64,000 nucleotides of DNA from Callorhinchus milii (Eukaryota): NCBI RefSeq assembly GCF_018977255.1, contig NW_024704743.1, positions 84,942,001 through 85,006,000 on the forward strand. The letters run 5' to 3'. Position 1 is the first letter of the stretch. Every line of letters begins with the position of its first letter. The translations under genes and the position numbers were made by a program. The notes under the pieces were generated by a model. That model saw only the letters and a list, made by a program, of their open reading frames with translations. It did no database searches and was not told the origin of the DNA. This document shows, piece after piece, positions 22,539-35,700 of this stretch.

Positions 22539-25500
22539 GTGGGAGAAAACCTGTGAATGAATTGCAAATAGAACCTCCTTGTCCGATTTGAATGCTTTGT
22601 TAAAACATGGTACTTGCAAAAATAAGAAAAACACAATATTGACAATGTTACCACATGAAGAAAAAACATGGTAACCTTTTTTTATTAGTGGTAAATATTA
22701 TTAAATTTGGCTCTGTATGTAATGATACCTATTACCCTAATCAACATATTTTATTTCAGTTGAGGGCTCTTATATCACTTAGGTGATTTTAAGTTAGCAC
22801 TATTATTCTGTATTCAGAAGACCCGGTTATGCCTCATTGTGCAAGAAAGCAAATCTGTTGAGTGTTTCCCAATAACATAATCTGCTTCTTTCCAGTTCAC
22901 ATGCTGGTTATTCTAGTGTTTTAACATTTATAAATGTAATGTGTGTTAGTCAGACTCTGGCTGTGATCCTGTGATCACAGATATATACTCATTCAACAAC
23001 CATTCATCCCCTGAACTAGAAACAGTGTTATACATTGGTGCATTGTATTATTTTACATCCAGTATATTCTAAGAATGAAAGATTATTTCTAATGCTGTAC
23101 TTTGGTGGTGAATTCACTCAATGTTTTTGCTACTGTGATATAGATTGTTTTATTAAGACCACAAGTTGAAACCGTAAATTTAGTTTTTTTCTTTACTGTC
23201 TGTCAGCATCTAAAACATAGTGATTTCGAATGGAATTCCTCAGTTAGACAATGTGAGTTGGTATATCTTCTGGAAACCAGAAGTATGTCACGTTAACTTG
23301 CAGGATCTCTGTTCTGGAATGGATCATGTCAGAGAGAGTTTCCATATGTTGGAGTAATGTAGTTCTGGATTCATTAAAGGAATTCTATTTGAAATTGCTA
23401 CATTTTGAGATCTGTTGACTTTTTAAATATCATTACTTAATAAATCAAAGGTATTTTCTTCTACATGCAATCCACCCCAATGTTAGCACATAAATGTTCT
23501 GAATGATAGAGTGTCTTGGCGCTTGGACATTGATTTTGCCACTGATACATCAGCCATTAGGAGACATGTATGAACAGTGCAGTTTGACTTCACCTATATA
23601 TATTTCTTGTCTTTCTTCTGGGGGAAGTACTTTGTAACTGTTTGCCTCCTTGCTTGGTGACCTAGTAAGAGAGATAACCAAGTTGAGGTAATCTTCCATG
23701 ACAAGGGTTCCACAGGAAATATTTTGGCTTTATTTTTGAAGGACTTTTAATCCTGGAGCAAAGTGCACCATGTTATATAAGACACAGATTTATTAGTTCA
23801 CATATCCCATGCTTGCATTAGTAAGCAGTACTAATATTTTATAACGAGTGAACATTGTGAATATCCATGCACTAAAATGACAAAACTGTTATTTGGATTC
23901 TTATCAGCAGCGCAACAACAACTTGCATTTATAAAGTGCCCTTCACAAAGAAGCAAATTAGTGCAAAAAATAGATGTCAAGTTGAAGCCACTCCTTCTCC
24001 TGTACAACTAGTATTGTTTTTGAGATTAGATGTTAATCTGACAGTTCAGGTGGACTCCATGGCTTTCTTCAAAAAGGAAAAGGGAGTTTCTCCCAGTGCC
24101 CTATCTTACAATTTCCCAAATAAAAATAGACCAAAGTGGAATGCCTTATATCAAATGCAAAGAAATTGTTTCATCGTCTATTTTGATACAGAGTACCAGT
24201 ATATATAAGAGCATAAAATGCCACACTGAATATTTTTCACTTTTTATTAATTTTAAAATGCTGTTTCAACTGTTGTTTACTGCTGGTTTTGTTTTTCAAC
24301 TCGTTGGCAAGACAATTTGCACATCATACGCTTTCTATTTAAAGGCTGCATATTTGTAACATTCATAAAGAAAGATATTGGGTGGCTTCTCCTGACTGCT
24401 CAATGAGTTTATTCAATGAGCAACTGAGCCCTAGAGAATAAGAAAATCCAAGGTTTGACCTCTGCTATTTGCTTCTGTTTCTCCCTTCTCTTCCCTCCCT
24501 GCTTTTTGGTTGAAGAAGGAAAAGTTAACCAGAGTTCCTGTGCTGTTTAATGGCCTTTCCTGGAGTTGTGTATGTGTAGATGCCAACAATGAGAAGCCGC
24601 AACTAGGAATAACCGTACGCCCCTCCCCCCCACCAACCATGGTTGAAATGTTTCACTATTGAGGTAATTGTGAACTTCCAGGTTAAAAAATCAGTTACAG
24701 CCACCCATGGGAGCCCCATTCTGACACACTATAAAATAGAAGTGGGGTTCCCACTGCTTGGCTTGATTCACTTGACATCGGCAGGATTCCCTATTTTGAA
24801 CTCGGAGATGATATTAATGAATTCCATTAGAAATCTGCAAATTGGACCCCATTTAATTAAATAGTGAGGGCTTTTGCAGCACACACCTTGCGCTTTAGAC
24901 TGGAAACAGTTGAGTGAAGTTGCTGAGCAGATTCAGAGTAATGAAAGCTTTGCATTAGTACATAATCTTATGACTAGTTGGCAGGCACTTAGTCTGTAGA
25001 GAATATAAACAGCTTTGGTAGCTTCGGATTTCTAAGTACACAAGAAAGTTTGATGTGTTTAGAACCTGTCACTGGAACTAAACTTAAAAGTTTAAATCGG
25101 TTTAGTTAGTAATTGTATGAAGTTACAGTATTGCTCCTGGACCATTGATGTTTATTTTGTCTAAGGCGTAGCTCTGTTTAAATGTCAATGCCTGTCTTGC
25201 TCTTCAGTTCAACATTTTGGATTATTTTCTATAAACACAGGTGCTTCTTCATTCTACATAGTTTCATCTGTTAACTGTTAAAGTGCCTTGAAAAATTCAA
25301 ACTGCTTATGTGTATTAACCAATTTCTTGCAAGTCACATCCCAAAAATATAGGGATCACCACTTGCTTCCAGATAATGAACAGACTTTGCTGCATATAAT
25401 GAAGTTTTTACCTGTTTTTCTTTACTTTTTTGTATCTTTTAAGGATTTTAAGGACTAATGTAATTATTATAATTTTTTAAATGAAAATGTACCACAAAGC

Positions 25501-27602
25501 TTGGAAATATTGAAATAGCTATATTGTTCCACTAAAAAAGTAAATTATTTGATACTACAAACGAGAAGTAAATAATCTACAAACAAAAGGAAAAGGTTTA
25601 TCTTGCACTGATCACTAAAAATACTGAAGATTTCTCCATATCAAAATGCATTCAACAAAAAGTCGCTATTTTTATCAATCAGTTTAAGATGGACCCCAAT
25701 GTGTAGGGTTGTATTACACCAACAAGTCAGCAGCAGTTTTTTAACCAGCAGATGAAATGCTTGACTCCACTTCAGAACTGAGAACGATGTGGCAGTGATT
25801 GCAGTATTTCTGATACAACAAAGAAGCATGTGAAAACTTGTCAGTTCCAAGTTTTGTTTTCCATTTCCATCCTATAATTTTATTCAGGCTCATTTCCCCA
25901 ATCATTCAGGCAAATCTGTAACTTTCAACAACAGCAACAAATTTATATTTTGTATAGAGCCTTTCATGTCAGGAGGATGGCCCAAGGCCCTGGGCAGTCC
26001 AAGATTGGCACTTGAGCTGGTGGTGGGAACTGAGTGGGGTAGGATCCAAGAGGGGTGGAGGATGGGGGTTGGGAAGATGACCAAATGCACCATTAAGAAA
26101 AATTGAAGGAGGGAAGGGGAGAATCGCAAGGTCTCCTGGATGGATGCAGGTGTACATTTGTTGTGGGATTTTCACAGCATAAAATAGGTTGCTTAGGGCT
26201 AAAATGGATTCATGCACATGAGAGAGCTGATATCTGTATCAGATTGTTATTAACATACCACACTGTGCTAGCTGTTTTTTTCGCTCTCTTTTTCTCTCAG
26301 GCAACCCTTTTTGTCTTTCCCTCCTGTGCATATAATGAAGTTTTCTCTTTCACAGACGCAATTAGCTTGTATCAGTTTCTCTCTCACTAATCTGATTGCA
26401 GAATGATCAGACTACCTTGTGTTGCTGAGCATTTTATTTGGGGGTTTTGACCCCCCAAAAATTAAATACAGTTAACCATTATGGGAACTTATCATGCTCT
26501 ACTATACACCAAAAACAAAACAAAATTCAATGTCACTATATTATTAACAGGCATGTAGTTATTGTACAAATGTTTTTATTTAGAACACACACTTATTTCC
26601 CTTTTGCTGCTTGTCAAGCTCCTCATCTCAGTGAGGCAAAAATTACAGGGGTTTCTAGACTGAGTCAGTTTGCTACTTTATAGTCAAGAACATAAAATTA
26701 TTCAGGGTTTCTGAAACGATACTCCATTAAACATAATATTGAGTTACTCCATTCAGTTATTCATGTAAAAGGCAGCTTGATGCAGTAATGGGGGGACACC
26801 AGGGTGGGTGTTCTGGAGAGTTGAGTTCAGAGAGGCCAAAGGGTCTTCTTCATCTAGACCAATCTTGTGAACCGAATGCAAGTCACATTTCCCATTCGAA
26901 ATAGAGCACAGGAGGGTTAGAAAGATATGAAAGGCAAAGGCAAGAAAAATAGGAGAAACATTTTATGTAAAATGAGATTCGGTATCAACTAGATATTCAG
27001 CACTGGCTCACATGTTAGCATTGTTTCTCCACAAGCCTGGCCCTCATAATGTGATAATTGACATTCTTATAGTCACTGCACTTTACAATAAAATCCAGTG
27101 AAGCACTTTGAAACACTTCCTTCCCCCACTCCCTCATGAAGGCACTATATCAAATTCAAGGATTATTCTTGTATTCATAATTATTTAATTTTGATTCAAA
27201 AGGTTTTTATTAATAATTTGCTGAGATGTGTTGGGTGTGTGTGGGTGGGCGGGGGGTTGGGGAAGAGATCTTTTAATATTAGAATTTTAATGTTTCTAAT
27301 GCAGGTAATGAATGTCAACTAATGGAGCCCTTGAGCCTCTGGCTTATGTTGTGACGCGTGTCTTTAACATTTGTTTACATAGTACATTCATGGTGAGGGT
27401 GATTCCAAAGAAAATAGGCTTTTTCAATATTAGAAACAGCTGTAACTTGTGTGAATGACTCATCCATTTTTTTATTGGGTGGGAGAGTGAGGCCACTGAC
27501 ACACAGAGACTCATTGAGAATTTTATGTTTATTTAGGAGAGAGTATCCTAGCCACAAGCCCACACAATCACTTCAATATCTATCTCATGTTTTTTATTCC
27601 AG

Positions 27603-28301
27603 TTCCTGTTATAAAAACAGAACCAACAGATGACTACGAGCCTGCCTTAGTCTATGGATCACTCAATCAAGGGATAAGCCCAGTGTCCCAGACTTATTAC
27701 GCTCAACAAGCCCTGACACCAGAAATGGCACCAGATCCCAGCTCCTGCCTTGTAAGTGGCTTTCCCTCCTGTCAGCAGAGAAGCGCTGGGATTTCAACCT
27801 CTCCCTCTTCCGGTCACAAACAGCATGAGCTTACACCTTCCGCTTACAACAAGTGTGTCAGCAACACAACCAGTGTCCAGCTAGTACACCAGCAGTCTGG
27901 AGTGACAGTTCCCACTATTCATGAAGTACACCGACCTGTGGTTGTGCACCCAAGTTCGCCCACTCATTCAGCACATGTTATGATGCAGCCCCAAATGAGT
28001 CAGCATCTGAATAGCAGCTGTTCCCATGGTTTCCAGCAGACTCCGTATCCCAACAATCTTTCTTCTCAAGGCCCTTCTGCTTCCCCAGAGGCAGCCTACG
28101 TGCAATCCTTCAGTCCACCCATCTCAGCAGTGATGAGTCAACAGCAGCAGCAACCTCAGAAACTCCCAAGAAATGGTTCTCCGCCTAGTCAACCAGGTGA
28201 GATGCCCTCAATGCACCCAGACAACAATCAAAATTTGGCCCCCTTGCCAGTCACAGTGAAGCAGGAGCCACAAGAATTGGACCAATTGTATCTGGATGAC
28301 G
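27603..28301 (+). CDS. NFATC1: NFATC1 large C-terminal exon (human exon 9 equivalent; long-isoform C-terminus with SUMO motifs and TAD-B)
   Basis: ttttttattccag|TT CCT GTT ATA AAA ACA GAA...GAT GAC G|gtaggt encodes VPVIKTEPTDDYEP...PDPSSCLVSGFP...NLAPLPVTVKQEPQELDQLYLDD. 699 bp, phase 1 to 1. IKTEPTDDYEP and LDQLYLDD identify the NFATC1 paralog. Confidence 0.97.
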
Positions 28302-29769
28302 GTAGGTGGATTATAACTTTTTTTAAAACTTTATTTGCAAAATTGAATGATTGTTTTACAACATGGGCTGTTACTCATTATATTTGGCTCGTTTCTTATG
28401 AAAGCAAGTTATTGAGCGACTTGTGTATTGTTGCTTTCTCTTTGCAATCACTGTAGATTATTTTGGCCCAGGCAAAAACTTTTTTTTCTTCCCTGGTACA
28501 GTAGATAGCAAACAATGAACCAGAAAATCATAGGCAATAGTTTTATCAACAGTAATGGCCAAAAGGTAACCCCCAATCACTCATGTTCGCATATTAAATA
28601 TGATGTGTTAAGCATCTGCATGTTTTTTTTAGCTGAGCCTACTTGATTATGTTTTCCTGCTGTGTGGATTTTACTGCTGTTTGGGAAAGTAAGTGCAGAC
28701 ATCCAGCTACAGTTGGCTCCCAGTTTGAGCTGGAGAGAAAGAGAGAAATAAATGGTCAGTTGAGATTGTTACATTTACGCAGAGTAAGTCAGATTAGCAA
28801 AATCATATAGTTACATAAAATACAACTTCATGCATTGGGGAAGAAGAGAGGTAAATGACTGAGGTTTTCTGGATTCATCTGCTATGTGAAATAAACTCAC
28901 TATTTCACATTAAGCAGAAATTATTCTGTTTATCACAGTTGTGATGAACATTGTTATTTTAAGCTACCTGGTTTGTAATTTGAATCAAAACTATTGTGAG
29001 AAATTTAATATTGAATAGTGTTTTAAGTGAAGTAATTTTGCCCTTTCTAAAACCTCTTAAATTTACTAATTTGGGGAAAATATGATAAACAACCCACTAT
29101 ATTCAGTCATTTAGCACATGTGAGTTGAATTGATACTTTGAGTTCCATAACTCACAGAGTATGATGGTTTTAAAGGAAATACATGTTGAGATGGCACAGT
29201 GGAGCACTACCACATTATGGCACATTGTGGAGGGACACAGGTTTGTTCCACCCTCCCCATACATACCCCCACGGTACTGTTGTATTGTAGCCAGAGACAG
29301 CAAAAAAAAGATCAGCAGGTATATTTCTTCAGTGAAAGAGTATGAATAAGAAAGTGCTGTCACCAAATTGCTATCACAGGCTTAATAATGAACAACTGGT
29401 GCAGGGACCTGGGAGTAGTTAGCTCATTGGTCTTAGCCACAGGAGAGACCAGGTCCAATGTCATCAAGGAAATGGGAAACCAATAAGAGGGATTCAAACC
29501 ATCCATCAAACAGGTAAATGTATCCTATATTGCAGCTTTATCAGTACATTATAATTTGAGACACCTACTGGGACTTGTGATCTGTACTTGTAGTCCTACT
29601 TGCCGAAAGCTTTTCATTGAATCGTACAGAATGAGGCCATTCAGCCTATTGTGTCTGACTGAATTGAAGCAGATTCTACCTACTTGTAAAAGTGCAAATT
29701 CAACATTCAAAATGTCAAACTTTCTCATGGAGCTTGACACCAGTTTAACCTGGCTATTCGGAACAGATT

Positions 29770-30350
29770 CCTGAACAAACATCCAGGCTTGACTATGAAA
29801 ACTCCTTGCTTGTCGGTCTCCTCAACTCCTCCCTCCATAGGCTGCAGATCATCCAGAACTCTGCAGCCCATGTCCTCTCCTGCACCAGGCTCTGTGACCC
29901 TATCACCCCCATCCTCGCCTGACACCATTGGCTTCCCATCACACAGAGGAAATAGTTCAAAATCCTGGACCTCACCTTCAAAGCCCTCCATGGCCTTGCT
30001 CCCCCCTACCTCTTCGACCTTCTAACCCCCTACTAACCTGCCCAGTCCTTCCGCTCGATGGGCTCCGACATGTCCCCGCCTCGCCCTGGCCACCATTGAT
30101 GGGCGAGCTTTCTGCCACTCTGCCCCTACTCTCTGGAATTCCATCCCGCAGTCCCTCCACCTCGCCCCCTCCCTAACCTCCTTCAAGACCCATTTCGACT
30201 GTGCCTTTGATCACCCTCCTTCCCCCCCTGCCCTCCACCCTCCCCGATCCTGACCCAAAGCTCGCATCCGAAACACTAATTGTCCAGCGCCTTGGGACGT
30301 CTTCCCAACGTGAAAGGGGTTATACAAATGTAATTTTGTTGTTGTTGTTA
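29770..30350 (+). mobile_element. L2 LINE 3' fragment
   Basis: Starts at a SRLDY-like segment (tccaggcttgactatg), has an HWLP-like segment, and ends in cgccttgggacgtcttcccaacgtgaaaggggttatacaaatgtaat(ttg)n. Confidence 0.9.
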
Positions 30351-30781
30351 TGCCATTTTGTCCTCTGGCTTTTTCCATATAAGTACAAGTTGTTGTTTTA
30401 TTTTAGCCTTGTCCAGTTACTGTGATTAATCCTCCTGCTCATGATGGGTATCTTAAGTTGCTGCAGTGGGAGGGTGAGATGCAGTAAATTGGAGCATTGG
30501 GGTGTTACTGACTTGGCAGCAAGTCTATGAGGTTACGGCCAGAAAACTGTCTAAATTTCTTTATGTATGATGCTAGGGATATCTATCCCGTAGTGTTTTA
30601 GGAGCTGGTAGTCTGGCAAATGAGAGAGTATTAAAAAGTAGTCCCATTCCCTACACCTTCAAATAATTTCTGCAAATAAGATATGCTTGTGTTACAAAAA
30701 TACATTTAATACTCAACACAGTTGTGGCATAAATAGAGCATTAATGCTACAGTTCATTGTATGTGAATTAATACCAGTTGT

Positions 30782-31125
30782 GGAGTCCACACATAGTGGT
30801 TAGCATGCTTGCCTCGCAAGAGAGAGGACCCGGATTTGATTCCCAGGCGGGGCGAAATCTTAGGCAAGTTTCCTTATTCCACACACCTCTGTTTACCTAG
30901 CAGTAAGGAGGAACCCAGTTGTTAGCTGATTGGCGGGTCACTTTCCGGAGCTAGTAACCTCTCAAAAAAACATGTGGTCACTCAATCCACGACTGTTTGT
31001 CAGTCACTGCTGTGAGCAATTAGCTGGTGTGCTTCATCCACAAATACACAGTTAATTCACTTTATAATATATTTTGTGAAGATGTCTGAACGACGTGATT
31101 AGGTGCTAATGCAAGGATTATAATT
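30782..31125 (+). mobile_element. tRNA-headed SINE, long subfamily
   Basis: Colinear with the 22151 copy, including the ctctgtttacctagcagtaa segment. Confidence 0.85.
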
Positions 31126-31497
31126 AAAGTTGCACAGGGATTCCACCTAGTCTGAGTCTATATAGGCTATTTTATGTTAACATTTAAGATGATGAAGAAA
31201 TGTAGAAATTTCTTCAATTCAGTCTTAATTTGTAAGAAATTCTTTATAGGAAATGTGAAAAGCAGGTTTACAAATTAAGACAGAATTTAAGAATTTTTCA
31301 CAATTCTGAGCCACCTTAAATTTTGAGACAAAGTGGCCTTTAGAGGCTAAGATTGGGTGGAATTTCACCCAATTTTTGTCTGGTAATATTACAAAAGAAA
31401 TATTACAAAAGGTTGTTTTTGTCTCATTTTGATATATGCCGACTGCTGAATATTAATGTTGAAATCATTCTTAATATTAAGCTTTTATATATATATA

Positions 31498-31805
31498 GTC
31501 CTGTAGCTCAGTGGTTAGAGCACTCGCTTTGCAAACGAGAGACCTGAGTTCAATTCCAGGCAGGGCGAAACCTTGAGCAAGTTTCCTTACTCCACATGCG
31601 TAATAATAATCCCTCCAAAACCAAAAACAATAATAAATTGGTCATTTTCAATCTACGACTGTTTGTGGGACATTGCTGTGCGCAATTGGCTGCCACGTTC
31701 GCCCACAAATATACAGTCAATTCACTTTACAGTGTGTTATGTGAAACGCTTTGGGACGTCCTCCCGACGTGAAAAGCGCTATATCAATTGCTAGGATTAT
31801 TATTA
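31498..31805 (+). mobile_element. Young tRNA-Ala-headed SINE, short subfamily
   Basis: Colinear with and nearly identical to 46110-46423. Confidence 0.92.
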
Positions 31806-32759
31806 TATATATATATAATATATTGCTACCCGTGTTTTTTTAAACACATAACCTTGCACATAATGCACTGTCCTGGCAATACAAAATTCGATTTAAACCT
31901 TGTATGAACCATAAATGACATTATTCGGTTTATATTGCCAGTCTACTGTGCAGAGCCTGTTTATGGAAACTAATTTAAAAACAGGAATATAGGTTTATTT
32001 TATTAGTGATTTTTTTATGTTCATCAGGTTGGGAGAAGTCAGCACTAGAGAATGGAATACTTTTCTGTTTTTGGCACAAAGTACCAGGAGGAAGGGAATA
32101 TATAGTTTAGATATTGCAGATGTACAAAATAGCTTCCAGCTGTGCCAAGAAGATGTCTTAATCCCAGGTTCAGAAGAGCATCCCATCCCACAGTATAGCA
32201 TTGTGACAATTTGATTTCCTAAACCAGCCATTCATGTTCCTTCTCTAACTGAGATTGAAAGTCCAGTGTCAATTGGTGTAACATTATAAGCACCTTTGTG
32301 CTTTGGTCTTACATTCCATGATGGAATAGGTCTGTACCTGCAATGTGAACCATTACAGCCATCAAAGAGAAAGGAGATCTTGTTCCACAAGTCTGGCCTA
32401 CATTTAAACATCACTGTCCTACAGGGGAAAGGATTGTGCTCCAACCTGTGACTCAGTGCCCCAGAATGTGTACTTATAATTACTGTTGTAAATATGGCAT
32501 CAAGTAATGCCATTTGAATACGATATCCTGCCAACAATGTATTCTCCATCAGATTTTTCCTAATTCCAGCGACTTTATTTACATTGTTGAATGCAAGTAC
32601 CGCATGATATTTTTTAATAATGGAGTGTGAATGAAACATCAATTTAGAAGCAAAACAAAATAAAGCGATCACACAATTGCAGTATCATTCACAGTAATAA
32701 CTAGCTGTAGATGCTGTAAATGCACCATCCTGATGAGAGGATGGCCAGCTTACAGAGTG

Positions 32760-35700
32760 ACCATAAGACCATAAGACGTAGGAGCAGGAATAGGCCATTT
32801 GGCCCCTTGACCCTGCCCTGCCATTTAATAACAACAACACCAACAACTTGGATTTATATAGCACCCTCCACGCCGGACAGCATCTCAGAGCGCTTCAAAG
32901 ATAATAAGATCATGTTTGATCTTCTAACCTAATTCCATTCACCCGCCCGATCCCCATATCCCTTAATCCCTCTATCCATTAGAAATCTATCAACCTCAGT
33001 CTTGAATACGTTCAAGGACTGAGTATCCACACCTTCTGGGGTAGAGAATTACACAAATTCACTACCCTCTGAGTGAAGAAATGTTTCCTCAAATCAGTTC
33101 GAAAAGGCTGACCCTTAATCTTGAGACTATGACCCCTAGTTTTAGATTCTGCAACCAGGGGAAACAGTCTCACGGCATCTACCCTGTCAAGATCCTTAAG
33201 AATCTTATAGGTTTCTATAAGATCACCTATAATTCTTCTTTATTCTAGAGAATATAGGCCTAGTTTACTCAACCTATCCTCATAGCTCAACCCCTCATCC
33301 CAGGAATCAACCTAGTGAATCTAAGGCGAGTATGTCCTTTCTTAAATAAGGAGACCAAAACTGCACACCATATTCTAGGTGCAGTCTCACCAAGGCCTTA
33401 TACAACTGCAGCAAAACTTCCTTACTCTTGTACTCTAACCCTTTTGCAACAAACGCCAACATGGCATTAGCCTTCCTTGTTGCTTGCTGTACCTGCATAC
33501 TAACTTTTTGTGACTGGTGTACAAGGACACTCAAATCTCTCTGAACACTAGCACTACCTGGTCTCTCCCCTTCTAGAAAATAATCCGCTTTTCTATTTTT
33601 ACTACCTAGGTGAATAACTTCACACTTCCCCACGTTATACTCCATCTGCCACCTTCTTGCCCACTCACCTAGCCTGTCTATTTCCCTTTGCATTCTTTGT
33701 GTGTCATCCTCACAGCTTACTCTCCCACCTATCTTCGTATCATCCGTGAATTTAGATACATTAAGTTCTATTTCCTCATCTAAATCATTGATATAGACTG
33801 TAAATAATTGAGGCCCAAGCACTGATCCCTGTGGCACTCCACTAGTCACATCCTGCCATTCTGAGAAGGACCCGTTTATCCGTACTCTCTGTTTTCTTCC
33901 TGTTAGCCACTCTCCAATCCATGCTAATATATTGCCTTTAATTCCATAGGCTCTAATCTTATGCAATAGCCTTTTATGTGGCACCTTGTTGAATGCCTTC
34001 TGGAAATCCAAATACATCACATCTACTGGTTCCCCCCTATCTAACCTGCAAGTTACATCCGCAAAAAAACTCTATAAGACTTGTTAAGCATGATTTCCCT
34101 TTCGTAAAGCCATGTTGACTCTGCCTAATCATGTTATGATTTTCTAAGTACCCCACGACGACATCCCTAATTAAGGACTCTAGAATTTTTCCTACCACCG
34201 ATGTCAGACTAACTGGACTACAGTTCCCCATTTTTTGCTCCCACCCTTCTTAAATATCAGCATTACATTTGCGACCTTCGAATCACTGGGAACCATTCCA
34301 GAATCCAGGGAATTTTGGAAGATCAAAAACAAAGCATCCACTATCTCTGCAGCCACCTCTTTTAAAACCCTAGGATGCAGGCCACCAGGTCCAGGGGATT
34401 TATCGGTTTTTAATCCTATCAATTTCTCCAGTACTATTGCTTTACTGATTTTCATTTCCTTAAGTTCCTCACTAACATTAGCCTCCAGGTTCCCCTCTAT
34501 TTTCGGTAAGTTTTCAGTGTCCCCTACCGTGAAGACAGAAGCAAAATAATTGTTTAATGACTCTGTCATTTCTTTATTCCCCATTATAATTTCTCCTATC
34601 TCTGCCTGCAATGGACCCAAATGCACTTTTGATAGTCTCTTCCTCTTTATGTACTTGTAAAACTCTTACAATCTGTCTTTATGTTCCTAGCTAGTTTACT
34701 CTCATATTCCATTTTCTCCCTCTTAATCAGTTTCTTGGTTTTCCTTTGCTGTTCTCGAAAGCCCTCCCAATCCTCAGGTTTACTGCTCTTTCTGGCAGTA
34801 TTATAGGCCTCTTTTAATTTTATACTTTCCCTAACTTCTCTAGTTAGCCAAGGTTGAACCACTTTTCCCATGGTATTTTTATTTTTCAAGGGAATATGTG
34901 ATCGTTGGGAATTATGTATTATATCTTTAAACATTTGCCATTGCTGGTCTACCGTCATATTTTTTAATCTAATTTCCCAGTCTATTTTAGCCAAATCTTC
35001 TCTCATATCTGCAAAGTTGGCTTATTTGGATTTGAGACCCTTGCTTTGGATTCAACTATATCACTCTCTAACTTAATGTTAAATTCCATCATAGTATGGT
35101 CACTCTGCCCTAGAGGAGCCTTAACTTCCAATTTGCTGATTAGCCCCATTTCATTACACAAAACAAGATCCAGGATTGCCTGTTCCCTGGTTGGTTCCTC
35201 AACATACTGTTCTAGAAAACTATCGCTAATGCATTCTATAAACTCATCCTATAATTTACTTTTGCCAATTTGGTTTTCCCAGTCTATATGAAGATTGAAA
35301 TCACCCAATATTAGTGTATTCCCGTTGCTATATGCTTCTCTAATTTCCTGATTAATACCCTGCCCAATACTGTAATTGCTGTTTGTGGGTCTATAAACTA
35401 CTCCCACTAGTGTTTTCTGCCCCTTGTTGTTTCTTACCTCCACCCATACTGACTCTACATCCTGATTTTCTGATTTGAAATCTTTCCTCTCTCCTGTTTT
35501 TATCTCATCCTTTATTAGCAGGGCTACCCCACCCCCCACCTCATTTTCCACATTGCCTATCTTTCCTATACGTCGAATACTCCGGAATGTTTAGCTCCCA
35601 CCCTTGGTCTCCCTGTAAACCACGTCTCAGTGATAGCCATTAGAACGTACTCATTTATGTCCATTTATGCACTTAATTTGTCTATCTTGTTACGAATGCT

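Noticed and set aside
28302..28456. ORF 27587..28456 continuing past exon 9 (GRWIITFF...)
   Set aside because: NFATC1 similarity stops at a canonical donor and the extension has intron-like composition. Nothing supports a read-through isoform here.
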